Assembly (NCBI GenBank): GCA_965216315.1
Contig: CBDCFN010000016.1
Location: forward strand, 544,001-608,000
Length of the DNA stretch: 64,000 bases
Reading direction: 5' to 3'
Source: a bacterium
GTDB lineage: Bacteria > UBA10199 > 2-02-FULL-50-16 > JAJFLM01
Under the pieces are notes generated by a model that did not search any database, was not told the DNA's origin, and saw only the letters and a program-made list of their open reading frames with translations. The position numbers were made by a program, and so were the translations under genes. Shown here piece after piece: positions 49,867 through 59,487 of the stretch (position 1 is its first letter; every line of letters begins with the position of its first letter).

Positions 49867-52663
49867 AAACATGCTCCTTTTCGCCATCACTGCTGTGTTG
49901 TTTTAGGCGGCGCAGGGACATTCCCGGTGCAAGTCTCGGGGTGGCTCCCAGTCTAATAATTTCCTGCTCGATCAGAGATGTGATGAACTCATGCTTGGGT
50001 TTTCCATTCGGTGAATCGATATTTCTTGGCGATATAGGGCTCCCAAATATGATTTTAACTTTGGACGGACGGGGAATGTACTGGTCGCGATTGAGAACAT
50101 TAAAGCTGCCTTTAATATAGATAGGAATAATCGGAGAACCGGTTGCTTCGGCCAGAATGCCAACGCCATTCTTGAAACGATTTAGTTTTCCGTCCATTGA
50201 CGGTGTTCCTTCAGGATGAATGAATAAGATATTTCCTGAATCCAGGACTTTTTTACCTGCCTGGAGTGCGGGGAGAAAATTCCCTTCGCGATCAATTGGA
50301 ATCATCTGGGCCAACCAGGCAAACAGGCCACGGTCAAAGCGCTGCAGATGCTCTTTTTTTCCGATAACATAAAAAAACTTTCGAAGTTGTGGAGCCAGCT
50401 TGCACAGAACAAAAAGGGGGTCCATATAGCTTTCATGGTTTGAGGCTAAGATGAAAGGTGGTTTCGCCGGAAGGTGCTCTATACCATCGCATTCCAGTCG
50501 AAACATTATGCGACTGATAAGTGACAGAGTTGAAATGAACCGCTGACGAAAATGCCCGGTAGAATTGTTATCAAGATGGACCCGCTGCTTTATTTCGCGA
50601 TCGATTACGGGAGAGATGGATTGGTCTAGTACCTCGTTCCAACATGTGGAATTGTTATTATCCATGCCTCTCCTGTAGTCCCCTTTTGATAGATCTATTT
50701 CGTTTTGAGAGCAGAATTCATTGATAGCGATGATGCAATCCCGAATCGAACGCATTGAGTAGACAATATCTTTAGATACCGGCTGTCCGATGATTTCTTC
50801 GATATTCACCGCTAATTCCGCCATCGACAATGAGTCAAAACCGAGGTCCATAAATAGATGTGACTCCAGCTCAAATTGGATGGGTCCCCCTTTTACGCGA
50901 GCCACAGCTTCCTTAAGGAGTTTGCCTGCACCCGACGAGAGCAGCTTTTCGCCGGATATATTAATTTCGACATTCGTTTTCTGACCGTTTCGATCGATGA
51001 CATTCTGTCTCAGCTCAAATTTCTTGATTTTTCGAGTCGTGGTCCGGGGTAGGGACTGATACTGAATTTCATATCGGTTGATTCGGCACCAGCCGGGCAG
51101 CTGTTCAGATCTGTCGATAATTGTGTTCTTGATAATCATGTCAACGTCGTTCAAGCAGTTCGTCTTGAAGTAGCTCATATTGGGGACAATGATGGCGTAT
51201 ATTTCTTCCGCTTTTTCGCGAGTACTTTTCGGGACTCCGAAGACGGCGATCTCTTCAATGCAGTCGGATTCGAGATAAAATTCTTCTATTTCGTCGGGGA
51301 AAACATTTTTTCCGGAAGGAAGTACGATGACGTCTTTAGATCTTCCGCAGATACTGAGATAGTTCTCTTTATCTAGCGACCCAATATCTCCTGTCAGAAA
51401 ATAGCCATCGCTCGTAAAAGTCGAGCCGTTATTATTTAGTTGATAGTAGCCATTAAAAACAGGCGGACCCTTAACGGCAATTTCACCCGCGCCATTATCA
51501 TCGGGTGAAACGATTTTAACGGATATGCCGTTAAGTCTGCGTCCGACTGTGCCGGGACGAGCATGATGAGGAAAATTACAGAAAATCACCGGTGCTGTTT
51601 CAGTCAGGCCGTAGCCCTCGAATATGGGGAGTCCTAAAGTGTTGAAAGTACGGATCACGTCTTCGTCGAGCGCGGCAGCACCCGAAATGATACGACGAAT
51701 ATTCCCGCCCAGCGCATCATGGATTTTTTTAAAGAGGCATTTTTTTATTCCGTAGAGATGAGCACCGTTGTCGCTGATATATCGAGACGATTTCAGGGTA
51801 TGAAATATGAGCTGGGCCGAGTTTGGAGCAAAATTAATCTGCTCGACTATGCCTCTGTAGAGCTGATTGAGGATAGCTGGGACAAATATAAGCGTTGTAA
51901 GTCGGTTCTTTTGAATGCATTCTAATAGGTCGGCTTTATTCAGGCTGCTGAGGATGAAGATATCGGCACCAACTTCCAGCGAATTCAGTAGGCAAGCGGA
52001 AAACGAGTAGGCATGATTCAGAGGGAGTAGCATCAGTGTTTTATCATCTTCAGATAATCTCATATCGTGGGCAATCGAAAGCTGAGAGAGAAAATTAGTA
52101 TGCTTTAATAATACTCCCTTTGGGTTGGATGTCGTGCCCGAAGTATAAATGAGTGAAGCGCTGTTTTTAGGGGAGGATCGGATGACTTTGAAATCAGAGT
52201 CATGTCTTTCCTCGATCCAGGAAAAAGGAATGCATTTACGCAAGTAATTGATGTCGGCGTCGAGAACGACGTATTTGCTGACTTTTTCGTCAAGCTCAGG
52301 AGAGCGGATGTTGGGTAAGATATTCCGCTCAGTGAATAAAAGCCTGGCTTTAGAATTGCCGATGATATTATTGATTTCGTGTGCTGATAAGTGGGGATCA
52401 ATTGTCACAGCGCAGGCGCCGACATTGATAATGCCTATATATATTGCGATCCATTCAATTCGATTGGTGGACATGAGAGCGACATTTTCGCCCCTTCTGA
52501 CATTATGATTCGCTAAGAAACGGCCTACTTTAAGGCTCAATTCATATACTTCCCGAAAAGAACTCTCGGTGTGCTGAGCCGCGCCCTGATGGTGAATAGA
52601 GGATAAATTATCCACTGCTTTGGCTTGGAAAAAATCGGTGAGAGATTGGTAACTGGCTGCCAT
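49859..52663 (-). CDS. Fusion of long-chain acyl-AMP/CoA ligase, ACP and PlsC-type acyltransferase (Aas-like)
   Basis: YTSGTTSNPKG, GYGLTE, TGD; ACP LGFDSL; acyltransferase NHESYMD, HPEG. Confidence 0.88.
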   Translation of the reverse strand: MAASYQSLTDFFQAKAVDNLSSIHHQGAAQHTESSFREVYELSLKVGRFLANHNVRRGENVALMSTNRIEWIAIYIGIINVGACAVTIDPHLSAHEINNIIGNSKARLLFTERNILPNIRSPELDEKVSKYVVLDADINYLRKCIPFSWIEERHDSDFKVIRSSPKNSASLIYTSGTTSNPKGVLLKHTNFLSQLSIAHDMRLSEDDKTLMLLPLNHAYSFSACLLNSLEVGADIFILSSLNKADLLECIQKNRLTTLIFVPAILNQLYRGIVEQINFAPNSAQLIFHTLKSSRYISDNGAHLYGIKKCLFKKIHDALGGNIRRIISGAAALDEDVIRTFNTLGLPIFEGYGLTETAPVIFCNFPHHARPGTVGRRLNGISVKIVSPDDNGAGEIAVKGPPVFNGYYQLNNNGSTFTSDGYFLTGDIGSLDKENYLSICGRSKDVIVLPSGKNVFPDEIEEFYLESDCIEEIAVFGVPKSTREKAEEIYAIIVPNMSYFKTNCLNDVDMIIKNTIIDRSEQLPGWCRINRYEIQYQSLPRTTTRKIKKFELRQNVIDRNGQKTNVEINISGEKLLSSGAGKLLKEAVARVKGGPIQFELESHLFMDLGFDSLSMAELAVNIEEIIGQPVSKDIVYSMRSIRDCIIAINEFCSQNEIDLSKGDYRRGMDNNNSTCWNEVLDQSISPVIDREIKQRVHLDNNSTGHFRQRFISTLSLISRIMFRLECDGIEHLPAKPPFILASNHESYMDPLFVLCKLAPQLRKFFYVIGKKEHLQRFDRGLFAWLAQMIPIDREGNFLPALQAGKKVLDSGNILFIHPEGTPSMDGKLNRFKNGVGILAEATGSPIIPIYIKGSFNVLNRDQYIPRPSKVKIIFGSPISPRNIDSPNGKPKHEFITSLIEQEIIRLGATPRLAPGMSLRRLKQHSSDGEKEHVYD

Positions 52664-52764
52664 TTAACCTACAGGTGATTCAATTTCAGCAAAAATAATA
52701 TCTATGCTCATGATAACAGAAGCTCATAATTGCATGTTAGATTATTTGTATGCACCGGATTAAA

Positions 52765-52786
52765 ACTGTTTACTCGTGTAAACAGT
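52765..52786. promoter_or_regulatory. Perfect inverted repeat (operator/UAS candidate) between divergent lipid operons
   Basis: ACTGTTTAC-TCGT-GTAAACAGT; half-site ACTGTTTAC again at 52923. Confidence 0.55.
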
Positions 52787-52943
52787 GTCATTATCTCTAC
52801 ATAGAGTGGGTACATGATGACCTCAAGACTGAGATGTAAATTGTATCCAACCGAATTGCGTTAACAGTTTTTGAGCAAACAATATTTTATTAACCAGCTG
52901 AAAAATAATGAAGATGCCTTTAACTGTTTACATGAATTGCGCT

Positions 52944-52960
52944 TAGGCATGTAATTTGCA
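52944..52960 (+). promoter_or_regulatory. Sigma54 (-24/-12) promoter of the NRPS operon
   Basis: TAGGCATGTAATTTGCA (GG-N10-GC) about 60 nt before GTG 53021. Confidence 0.6.
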
Positions 52961-53020
52961 GTTCAGCCTCTCAGATTATTTTTTGTTTATGATAATCCAG
53001 GTTAAGAGGAGACGCAGATA

Positions 53021-56000
53021 GTGGTTCTAAAGAAGTGGGAAGAAAGTTTATGCACGCTCCTCAAAAAGAAAGCACAAGAGCAGCAGGACGAAATAGCATT
53101 CACCTATATAAAGAATGACGGATCAGGCGCTGAAGAGATGACATACGCGGAGCTTGATGAAGGGGCCCGCGCAATCGCAGCCTATCTTGCCCCGATGAAC
53201 GTTATCGGGAAGCCGATCGTCACCCTTCAAATTAATAGTTTAGAGGCTATTTACGCCGTATTTGGGATTCTTTATGCGGGTGGGATTGCCGTGCCGGCTT
53301 ATCCGCCGGACCCGGCGCGAATCAGCCATACGCTGCCTCAATTGCTGTCAACTATCAGCGACAGCCAAGCAAAACTCATCCTGACCTCAACGTTCCTTCT
53401 GGAAGCAGCCGGCCCATTGCTCGAGGCGATGCCTGAGCTGAAAGCACTCCAATGGGTCGCAGTCGATGAGATTGTCGGGCAGACCCACAGCGATAACGAG
53501 CTTCCTCTCACCCAGCCGGAGACGGTGGCATTTATTCATTATACGTCGGGCTCGACGGGAGAGCCTAAGGGCGTTGTGACGACGCATAAGAATCAGATAC
53601 GGGCGACCCGAGGAATGGTGGAAGTCAATGACTACGATAAAGATACTGTCGTCCTCTCTTGGTTGCCGCTGCAGCATAGTGCCGGGTTTATGGCAAGCGT
53701 ATTGACTCCTATTATGTCGGGTGGAAGGGGTGTCATCATGTCGCCGTTGATGGCGCTTGAGGATCCCAAAAAATGGTTGCAAGCAATCTCGCAATACAAG
53801 GCCAATGTTAGCGGTGGCCCGAACTTCATTTTTGATCTTTGTGTGAAAAAAGTAAGTGATCAGGACATAGACCAGTTGGATTTACGTTCATGGCATCACG
53901 CCATCGTGGCAACAGAAGTCGTGCGTTCCGAGACACTCCGTGCCTTTGCTTCAAAGTTTGCATCATGTGGCTTCGAGGAGGGTTCATTCGACCCTAGCTA
54001 TGGACTAACGGAAATGCCGTTGGTGACGCTGAATGGCATGGCTGATATCGAGACCCGCATTGATTCTGGAATTGTCAGTTGTGGAAGACCGGCCCCTGGA
54101 GTTGAGCTGGAGATAGTGAACCCGGAAACGATGACGATCTGTAAGGCCGGAGAAGTAGGTGAAATATGGATCGGCGGTCCATCACTGGCTCAAGGGTATT
54201 GGAAAAAGCCAGATGAAACGGACCTGCTGTTTAAATCGTTTACAAAGGATACACTGAGAGGCCCATTTTTTAAGACAGGTGATTTAGGCTATCTGTCGGA
54301 AGACGAGCTATTTATTACGGGTCGGATCAAAGAGTTGATCATCATCCGAGGAAAAAATCACTATCCAATCGATATCGAACGGAGTCTTCAAGAGAACATA
54401 CCGGAATGTGGCGCTGGTTGTATTGCAGCATTCGGAATGGAAGCAAGTGGAGCTGAACAGCTCGTGATTGTTCAAGAGATATCCTCGAGTATGTCTAAAA
54501 AAGATCAGCTTGAATTGATTCAATCGATTAGAGAGGTCACGGGCCGTGAACACCAAGTAACTCCCAATGAAATCGGTTTGGTGGCATTGGGGAGTATTCC
54601 GCGAACGAGAAATGGCAAGGTTCAGAGAACTCTATGTAAGCAGCAATATATTTCAAACGAATTGGAACTTATCCATGATTCATCCGATGGGAGTGAGTTT
54701 GAGCAACGGCAGCCGAATACGTTTGTAGCCCCTCAAAGCGCGTGGGAAAAAGTGTTAGAGGAAATGTGGCGCACATCGCTCAGTCCGGATCAGGATTCAA
54801 TAGGAATACATGATAATTTCTTTCAGCTGGGTGGCGATAGCTTGAGCGCCATATCGATTGTGGGAGACTTATCGCGACTAACAGGCCGTATTCTTGATGA
54901 GAATTTAGTCCATCTTCACCCGACAATTCAAGACCTGGCGGCCCATTTGGAAACGTTGATCGGTGAAGTGCCAGCGGATGATGATGTAGCCGCGAGAGAT
55001 GAAACGTACAGGCAGCATATTAGATCGGACCAGTCAGAGTTTCCGCTCGAACCGCTTCAACAGTCTTTCTACATCAATAATATGTTGGGAGATGTTCTCT
55101 GCTATGTCTGCGGAGACCTGCGCCTTAAAAGTGAACTTAAACCCGAGGAGTTCCAACGTGTCATTCGTGAGGCGATGGAAATCATGCATTACCGTCATCC
55201 GACGCTCCGCTTGGCCTACCGCTTGGATGACGATGGGCCACGTCAGTACATTAAGGAGGACTATCCCGAGTTTACCGTTAACTGTATAGACCTCTCTAGT
55301 TACTCTTTAAGCGATGTTGAAAGAGGCATTAAAATCGAGTTTGAACGGTTGAACTGTTATCAATTCGATACGGAAGCGGGTGAAAACTTCGTTGCAACAC
55401 TTCTTTATACGGGGAGTGAAAATTACCGCCTGATATTCAGTATAAACCATCTCGGCATTGATGGTTTCAGCTTACCTTTCTTTTTCGACGACTTTCTGGG
55501 TGAGGTGTTTCCTTCTGTTCTTGCACGAGAACCCGTGGAAAGAATTCCACAGACCAGTATGAGCTTTAAGGATTATTTAGAAATCAAATTTGCACTTAAA
55601 GACAATGATAAAAGGCAATATGATATTGATTTCTGGTTGCAAAAATTGGAGCGTCTCGAGGCATTTCCTCCTCTGCCTGAAAATCACGAAAAAACAGCTG
55701 ATATATCTTTTGGCATGCACTGGCTGGATGTTGACCGGTTAATAGTGGAGAAACTGAGTCATATTGCTCGGATGCATGAGACAACATTGTTTTCCCTTCT
55801 GTTTGCAACGTTCTTCAAGTTAGTGGCCCAGTGGAGTTTGGTTGGAAATATTTCGGTTAATACGCCGATCGTCAATCGGCGGCCCTATGCGAAGGATGTG
55901 AATAATATATTGGGTTGTTTTACGGACATCCTGCCTGTGCACGTTGAAGAGGCTCTGAGCAAGCCGGTCATTGAGCTAGCAAAAGATATTCAAGGACAGT

Positions 56001-57973
56001 TGGCTGAAATACTCTCACATAGTTCCGTTTCCGCTGTCGAAATCGCTCGCATGCTCATGCAACGAGACAAGCAGAAGATGACCGCCTTAAGTCCAATTAT
56101 TTTCACTTCGGCACTTTTACCCGATTATGGGCTGAATGGTAAAGAAACCTTCGACGAAGTTGAGCTCATGCAAGTAAGAACAGGGGCACCAGCTACCTGG
56201 ATGGATGTCATTGTGGGGAGCCAACAAGAAGGAATATTTTTCTCTTGGAATTACAATCGGCGTCGATTCACTCAAGAATGGGTTGAGATTTTTTCTGATC
56301 AATATAGCGTGGCTTTGCAAGAGATTGCTACTAATCCTCAGACGTGCCGACCCATTAAATCATTAAAGACAGAACGTGACGATGAAGCCTATGCGCGTCT
56401 TAATCAAACAGAACGTTCTTATGGGAATCCAAAAACTCTCCATGAGAGGTTTGAGGTTCAGGTTGAGAAAAATCCCGATGCAACTGCAATCAAGCATAAT
56501 GACCATGACATGACATATGCTCAATTGAATATGCGCGCGAATCAGTATGCGCATACGTTACTCGAAAAGGGAGCTACCTGCGGTGATTTTGTCGCGATTT
56601 TGTCAGATCGGTCCAGTGAGTTTGTGGCTGGCATTCTTGGAATACTCAAAATAGGAGCCGCCTATGTCCCTATTGATCCAGGTTATCCTGATAAACGGCA
56701 GCAGTATATTCTGAGGGATTCTGAGGCCAAGGTTTTATTGATTGAGTCGAAGTATCATAAATTAAGTGATGAGTGGGTTGCGGACTGCCGCCAACTTAAT
56801 CATGTTATTAGCTTGGACGATATATCTCTGTCTGGTTCAACTCATGATCCTCAAATTAATGTCGATTCAAAAGTAATTGCCTACATGATCTACACTTCGG
56901 GATCTACGGGCGATCCTAAGGGTGTGATGATTTCTCATTGTGCAGTCGATAATCGTCTTCAATGGATGCAAGAGATATTTGAGATTAGTGGACACGACAC
57001 GATCGCTCAAAAAACTTCTCAGAGTTTCGATGTCTCAGTATGGGAATTATTTTGGCCCTTGCAGCAGGGGAGTCGAATGCTGATTATTGATTCGGAAGCG
57101 ATCATGGACCCTTTCCTTTTTCAATCAATAATCAATAAGGGGGAAGTCTCTGTCATGCATTTTGTGCCCTCGATGTTCATGGTATTTCTAGAGGTAGCCG
57201 AAAGCATGAGTGAGATAGAGCGCGCTATGCCCTGCTTGAGATGGGTCGTTGCCAGTGGGGAAGCACTGCCGGCGGAGGCTGTTCGCCGCTGGCAGCGGCT
57301 CTATCCACAAATTCCAGTGGCTAATTTATATGGCCCTACTGAAGCCGCGATTGATGTGACGTATCAGATTGTTAGCGAGGCACTTCCTGATGATGCGACA
57401 CAAATTCCTATTGGTCGACCCGTCGCCAACACTCAGATTCTGATTCTGGATAAGGAAGGGCATGTGCAGCCAGCAGAAGTGCCAGGCGAGATCTGTCTTG
57501 GGGGGGTGCAGTTGGCGGAGGGTTATTGGCATAAGCCAGAGCTGAGTGCTGAGAAGTTTATCGATAACCCTGATGAGTCGACGCGCAAGAGTATTCCTCG
57601 TTTGTACCGCACAGGTGATTTGGGCGTATTAGATGGTGGAGGGGTCATTCAATATTTAGGTCGACTCGATCATCAGGTGAAAGTACGAGGCTTTCGTATT
57701 GAGCTCGGCGAGATAGAAGCGGCATTACTGCGCCATCCTGCTGTGAGCGAAGCTGCTGTCGTCGCTCAAGACGGAAAAAATGGTCAGAAACGACTGGTTG
57801 CCTTTGTGAAACCATCTAATGGATCGATTTCTTCCGAGGAATTGAAATCATTTATTGCTCAGTCGTTACCAGAATATATGGTCCCGTCATTTATCAATTC
57901 AATTGAAGCAATGCCACATAATTCAAATGGAAAAATTGATCGGAAAAATTTAATCAGCCTTGACTGTCGCTAG
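53021..57973 (+). CDS. NRPS: FAAL-ACP-condensation (Cy-like)-adenylation (Ser predicted), no terminal carrier
   Basis: FAAL YTSGSTGEPKG, SWLP, IIRGKNHYP; ACP LGGDSL; C/Cy NHLGIDG, PIIFTS; A domain FDVSVWE, HFVPSM, ASGEAL, NLYGPTEAAIDV, NGKIDR. Confidence 0.9.
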   Translation: MVLKKWEESLCTLLKKKAQEQQDEIAFTYIKNDGSGAEEMTYAELDEGARAIAAYLAPMNVIGKPIVTLQINSLEAIYAVFGILYAGGIAVPAYPPDPARISHTLPQLLSTISDSQAKLILTSTFLLEAAGPLLEAMPELKALQWVAVDEIVGQTHSDNELPLTQPETVAFIHYTSGSTGEPKGVVTTHKNQIRATRGMVEVNDYDKDTVVLSWLPLQHSAGFMASVLTPIMSGGRGVIMSPLMALEDPKKWLQAISQYKANVSGGPNFIFDLCVKKVSDQDIDQLDLRSWHHAIVATEVVRSETLRAFASKFASCGFEEGSFDPSYGLTEMPLVTLNGMADIETRIDSGIVSCGRPAPGVELEIVNPETMTICKAGEVGEIWIGGPSLAQGYWKKPDETDLLFKSFTKDTLRGPFFKTGDLGYLSEDELFITGRIKELIIIRGKNHYPIDIERSLQENIPECGAGCIAAFGMEASGAEQLVIVQEISSSMSKKDQLELIQSIREVTGREHQVTPNEIGLVALGSIPRTRNGKVQRTLCKQQYISNELELIHDSSDGSEFEQRQPNTFVAPQSAWEKVLEEMWRTSLSPDQDSIGIHDNFFQLGGDSLSAISIVGDLSRLTGRILDENLVHLHPTIQDLAAHLETLIGEVPADDDVAARDETYRQHIRSDQSEFPLEPLQQSFYINNMLGDVLCYVCGDLRLKSELKPEEFQRVIREAMEIMHYRHPTLRLAYRLDDDGPRQYIKEDYPEFTVNCIDLSSYSLSDVERGIKIEFERLNCYQFDTEAGENFVATLLYTGSENYRLIFSINHLGIDGFSLPFFFDDFLGEVFPSVLAREPVERIPQTSMSFKDYLEIKFALKDNDKRQYDIDFWLQKLERLEAFPPLPENHEKTADISFGMHWLDVDRLIVEKLSHIARMHETTLFSLLFATFFKLVAQWSLVGNISVNTPIVNRRPYAKDVNNILGCFTDILPVHVEEALSKPVIELAKDIQGQLAEILSHSSVSAVEIARMLMQRDKQKMTALSPIIFTSALLPDYGLNGKETFDEVELMQVRTGAPATWMDVIVGSQQEGIFFSWNYNRRRFTQEWVEIFSDQYSVALQEIATNPQTCRPIKSLKTERDDEAYARLNQTERSYGNPKTLHERFEVQVEKNPDATAIKHNDHDMTYAQLNMRANQYAHTLLEKGATCGDFVAILSDRSSEFVAGILGILKIGAAYVPIDPGYPDKRQQYILRDSEAKVLLIESKYHKLSDEWVADCRQLNHVISLDDISLSGSTHDPQINVDSKVIAYMIYTSGSTGDPKGVMISHCAVDNRLQWMQEIFEISGHDTIAQKTSQSFDVSVWELFWPLQQGSRMLIIDSEAIMDPFLFQSIINKGEVSVMHFVPSMFMVFLEVAESMSEIERAMPCLRWVVASGEALPAEAVRRWQRLYPQIPVANLYGPTEAAIDVTYQIVSEALPDDATQIPIGRPVANTQILILDKEGHVQPAEVPGEICLGGVQLAEGYWHKPELSAEKFIDNPDESTRKSIPRLYRTGDLGVLDGGGVIQYLGRLDHQVKVRGFRIELGEIEAALLRHPAVSEAAVVAQDGKNGQKRLVAFVKPSNGSISSEELKSFIAQSLPEYMVPSFINSIEAMPHNSNGKIDRKNLISLDCR

Positions 57974-57982
57974 GAGGTCTCA

Positions 57983-59476
57983 ATGGATTCAATTCAACAG
58001 CAGTTATCAGATATACTCACTTCAATTCTTGATGTTGAGGAAGTAGATCCACGAGAAGAATTAACAAGCCTAGGCATTACGTCGATTGATTTAATGCGTT
58101 TAGCGGCTCGGCTGGAGAAAAATTTTGGTTTTCGCCCGCAAGTTAACGAGTTTATGAAGCTGACATCGATAGAGAAATTAGCCGAATTCTATCAATCGCA
58201 TATAGATACTGTTGAGAGCATAAATGCTCAAGCGTTAAACTGTGCTGAGGCTTCAAGGATAGAGTTTGCATTTAACCGCGATGATCCGAATGATATTCGC
58301 CAGGATATTCGCTTGCATGAGGCCATTAAGCCAGCGGCGGCAACTCATTCAGTCACTGGAAGTCCAACAAATCTATTTGTGACAGGGGCAACAGGATTTT
58401 TAGGCGCACATGTTCTCCATAGCCTGCTGCAAGAGACTCAGGCAACCATTAGCTGTCTGGTTCGGGCAGAGAATTCCGATCAGGGGATGAAGCGGATCTT
58501 GAAAAACCTCGAGTACTATAAGCTCTGGGATGACAGTTATTCAGAACGGGTTAAGCCGGTGGTCGGGGATATATCGCAGCCCTTATTGGGTCTTAGCGTG
58601 AAAGATTTCCATCGGGTAGCTTCTGAGGCTCAAGCTCTCTATCACATCGGGGCAGTCGTTAATTTTGTTCATTCTTACGACATGCTCAAAGAAACTAATG
58701 TGGACGGGACGATTGAAATGCTTCGCTTGGCTTGTGCTGATAAGCAGGCACCTCTTTATTATGTTTCGACTTATGGAGTTTTCAATTCTCCTGAATACCT
58801 TAAATATAAAATCATTGATGAATCCACTTCTACGGATCACTGGGAATTATTGGCTAATGGATATGAGCAAAGTAAATGGGTTTCGGAAAAAATATTAGCC
58901 ATTGCCAAGGAAAGAGGGATTCCCGTGACAATATTCCGACCGGGTACTATTGCAGGTGATAGTCGAAACGGCATATTTAATTCAAAAAATGATATTTTAT
59001 CATTGATGATCCGCGGGAGTCTGCAGATGAAACTTGTTCCCAAGATTGATATGGATGTGGACTTAACTCCAGTTGACTATATAAGCAAGGCACTTACAGT
59101 AATTTCATTACAACCTGATGTAGAGGGAAAAACATATCATTTGGTGAATCCCCAATCGGTTTCCTATGGTGATTTCGTGAAGTGGATCCGGAACTACGGC
59201 TATGATTTTGAGGAAACATCGTATCAAGAGTGGCGCCAAGCATTATTGAAAGTAGATCGGAGCAATGCGTTATTCCCATTGCTCTCATTATTTGAAGCAA
59301 TGGAGACGTCAGACCGATTCAGTATTCCTTATATGCGGTCAGATGAAACACTCCGCGCATTAAAAGACAGTAAGTTAACATGTCCAGCGCCTGAGAATCG
59401 ACTTCTGCAGACCTATTTTTCCCGCTTTATTAAGGAGGGATTTTTGGATGTTCCTGAGAGACGTGAAATCCATTAG
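57983..59476 (+). CDS. Stand-alone carrier protein plus thioester reductase (T-R)
   Basis: LGITSI phosphopantetheine Ser; VTGATGFLG, YEQSKW, FRPG; own GGAGG RBS. Confidence 0.88.
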   Translation: MDSIQQQLSDILTSILDVEEVDPREELTSLGITSIDLMRLAARLEKNFGFRPQVNEFMKLTSIEKLAEFYQSHIDTVESINAQALNCAEASRIEFAFNRDDPNDIRQDIRLHEAIKPAAATHSVTGSPTNLFVTGATGFLGAHVLHSLLQETQATISCLVRAENSDQGMKRILKNLEYYKLWDDSYSERVKPVVGDISQPLLGLSVKDFHRVASEAQALYHIGAVVNFVHSYDMLKETNVDGTIEMLRLACADKQAPLYYVSTYGVFNSPEYLKYKIIDESTSTDHWELLANGYEQSKWVSEKILAIAKERGIPVTIFRPGTIAGDSRNGIFNSKNDILSLMIRGSLQMKLVPKIDMDVDLTPVDYISKALTVISLQPDVEGKTYHLVNPQSVSYGDFVKWIRNYGYDFEETSYQEWRQALLKVDRSNALFPLLSLFEAMETSDRFSIPYMRSDETLRALKDSKLTCPAPENRLLQTYFSRFIKEGFLDVPERREIH

Positions 59477-59487
59477 AAGGTGAATTT

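Noticed and set aside
57960..57990. Frameshift or pseudogenisation splitting the NRPS
   Set aside because: The A domain is complete through NGKIDR, and the next ORF has its own GGAGG RBS and an intact carrier domain, so the split looks genuine.
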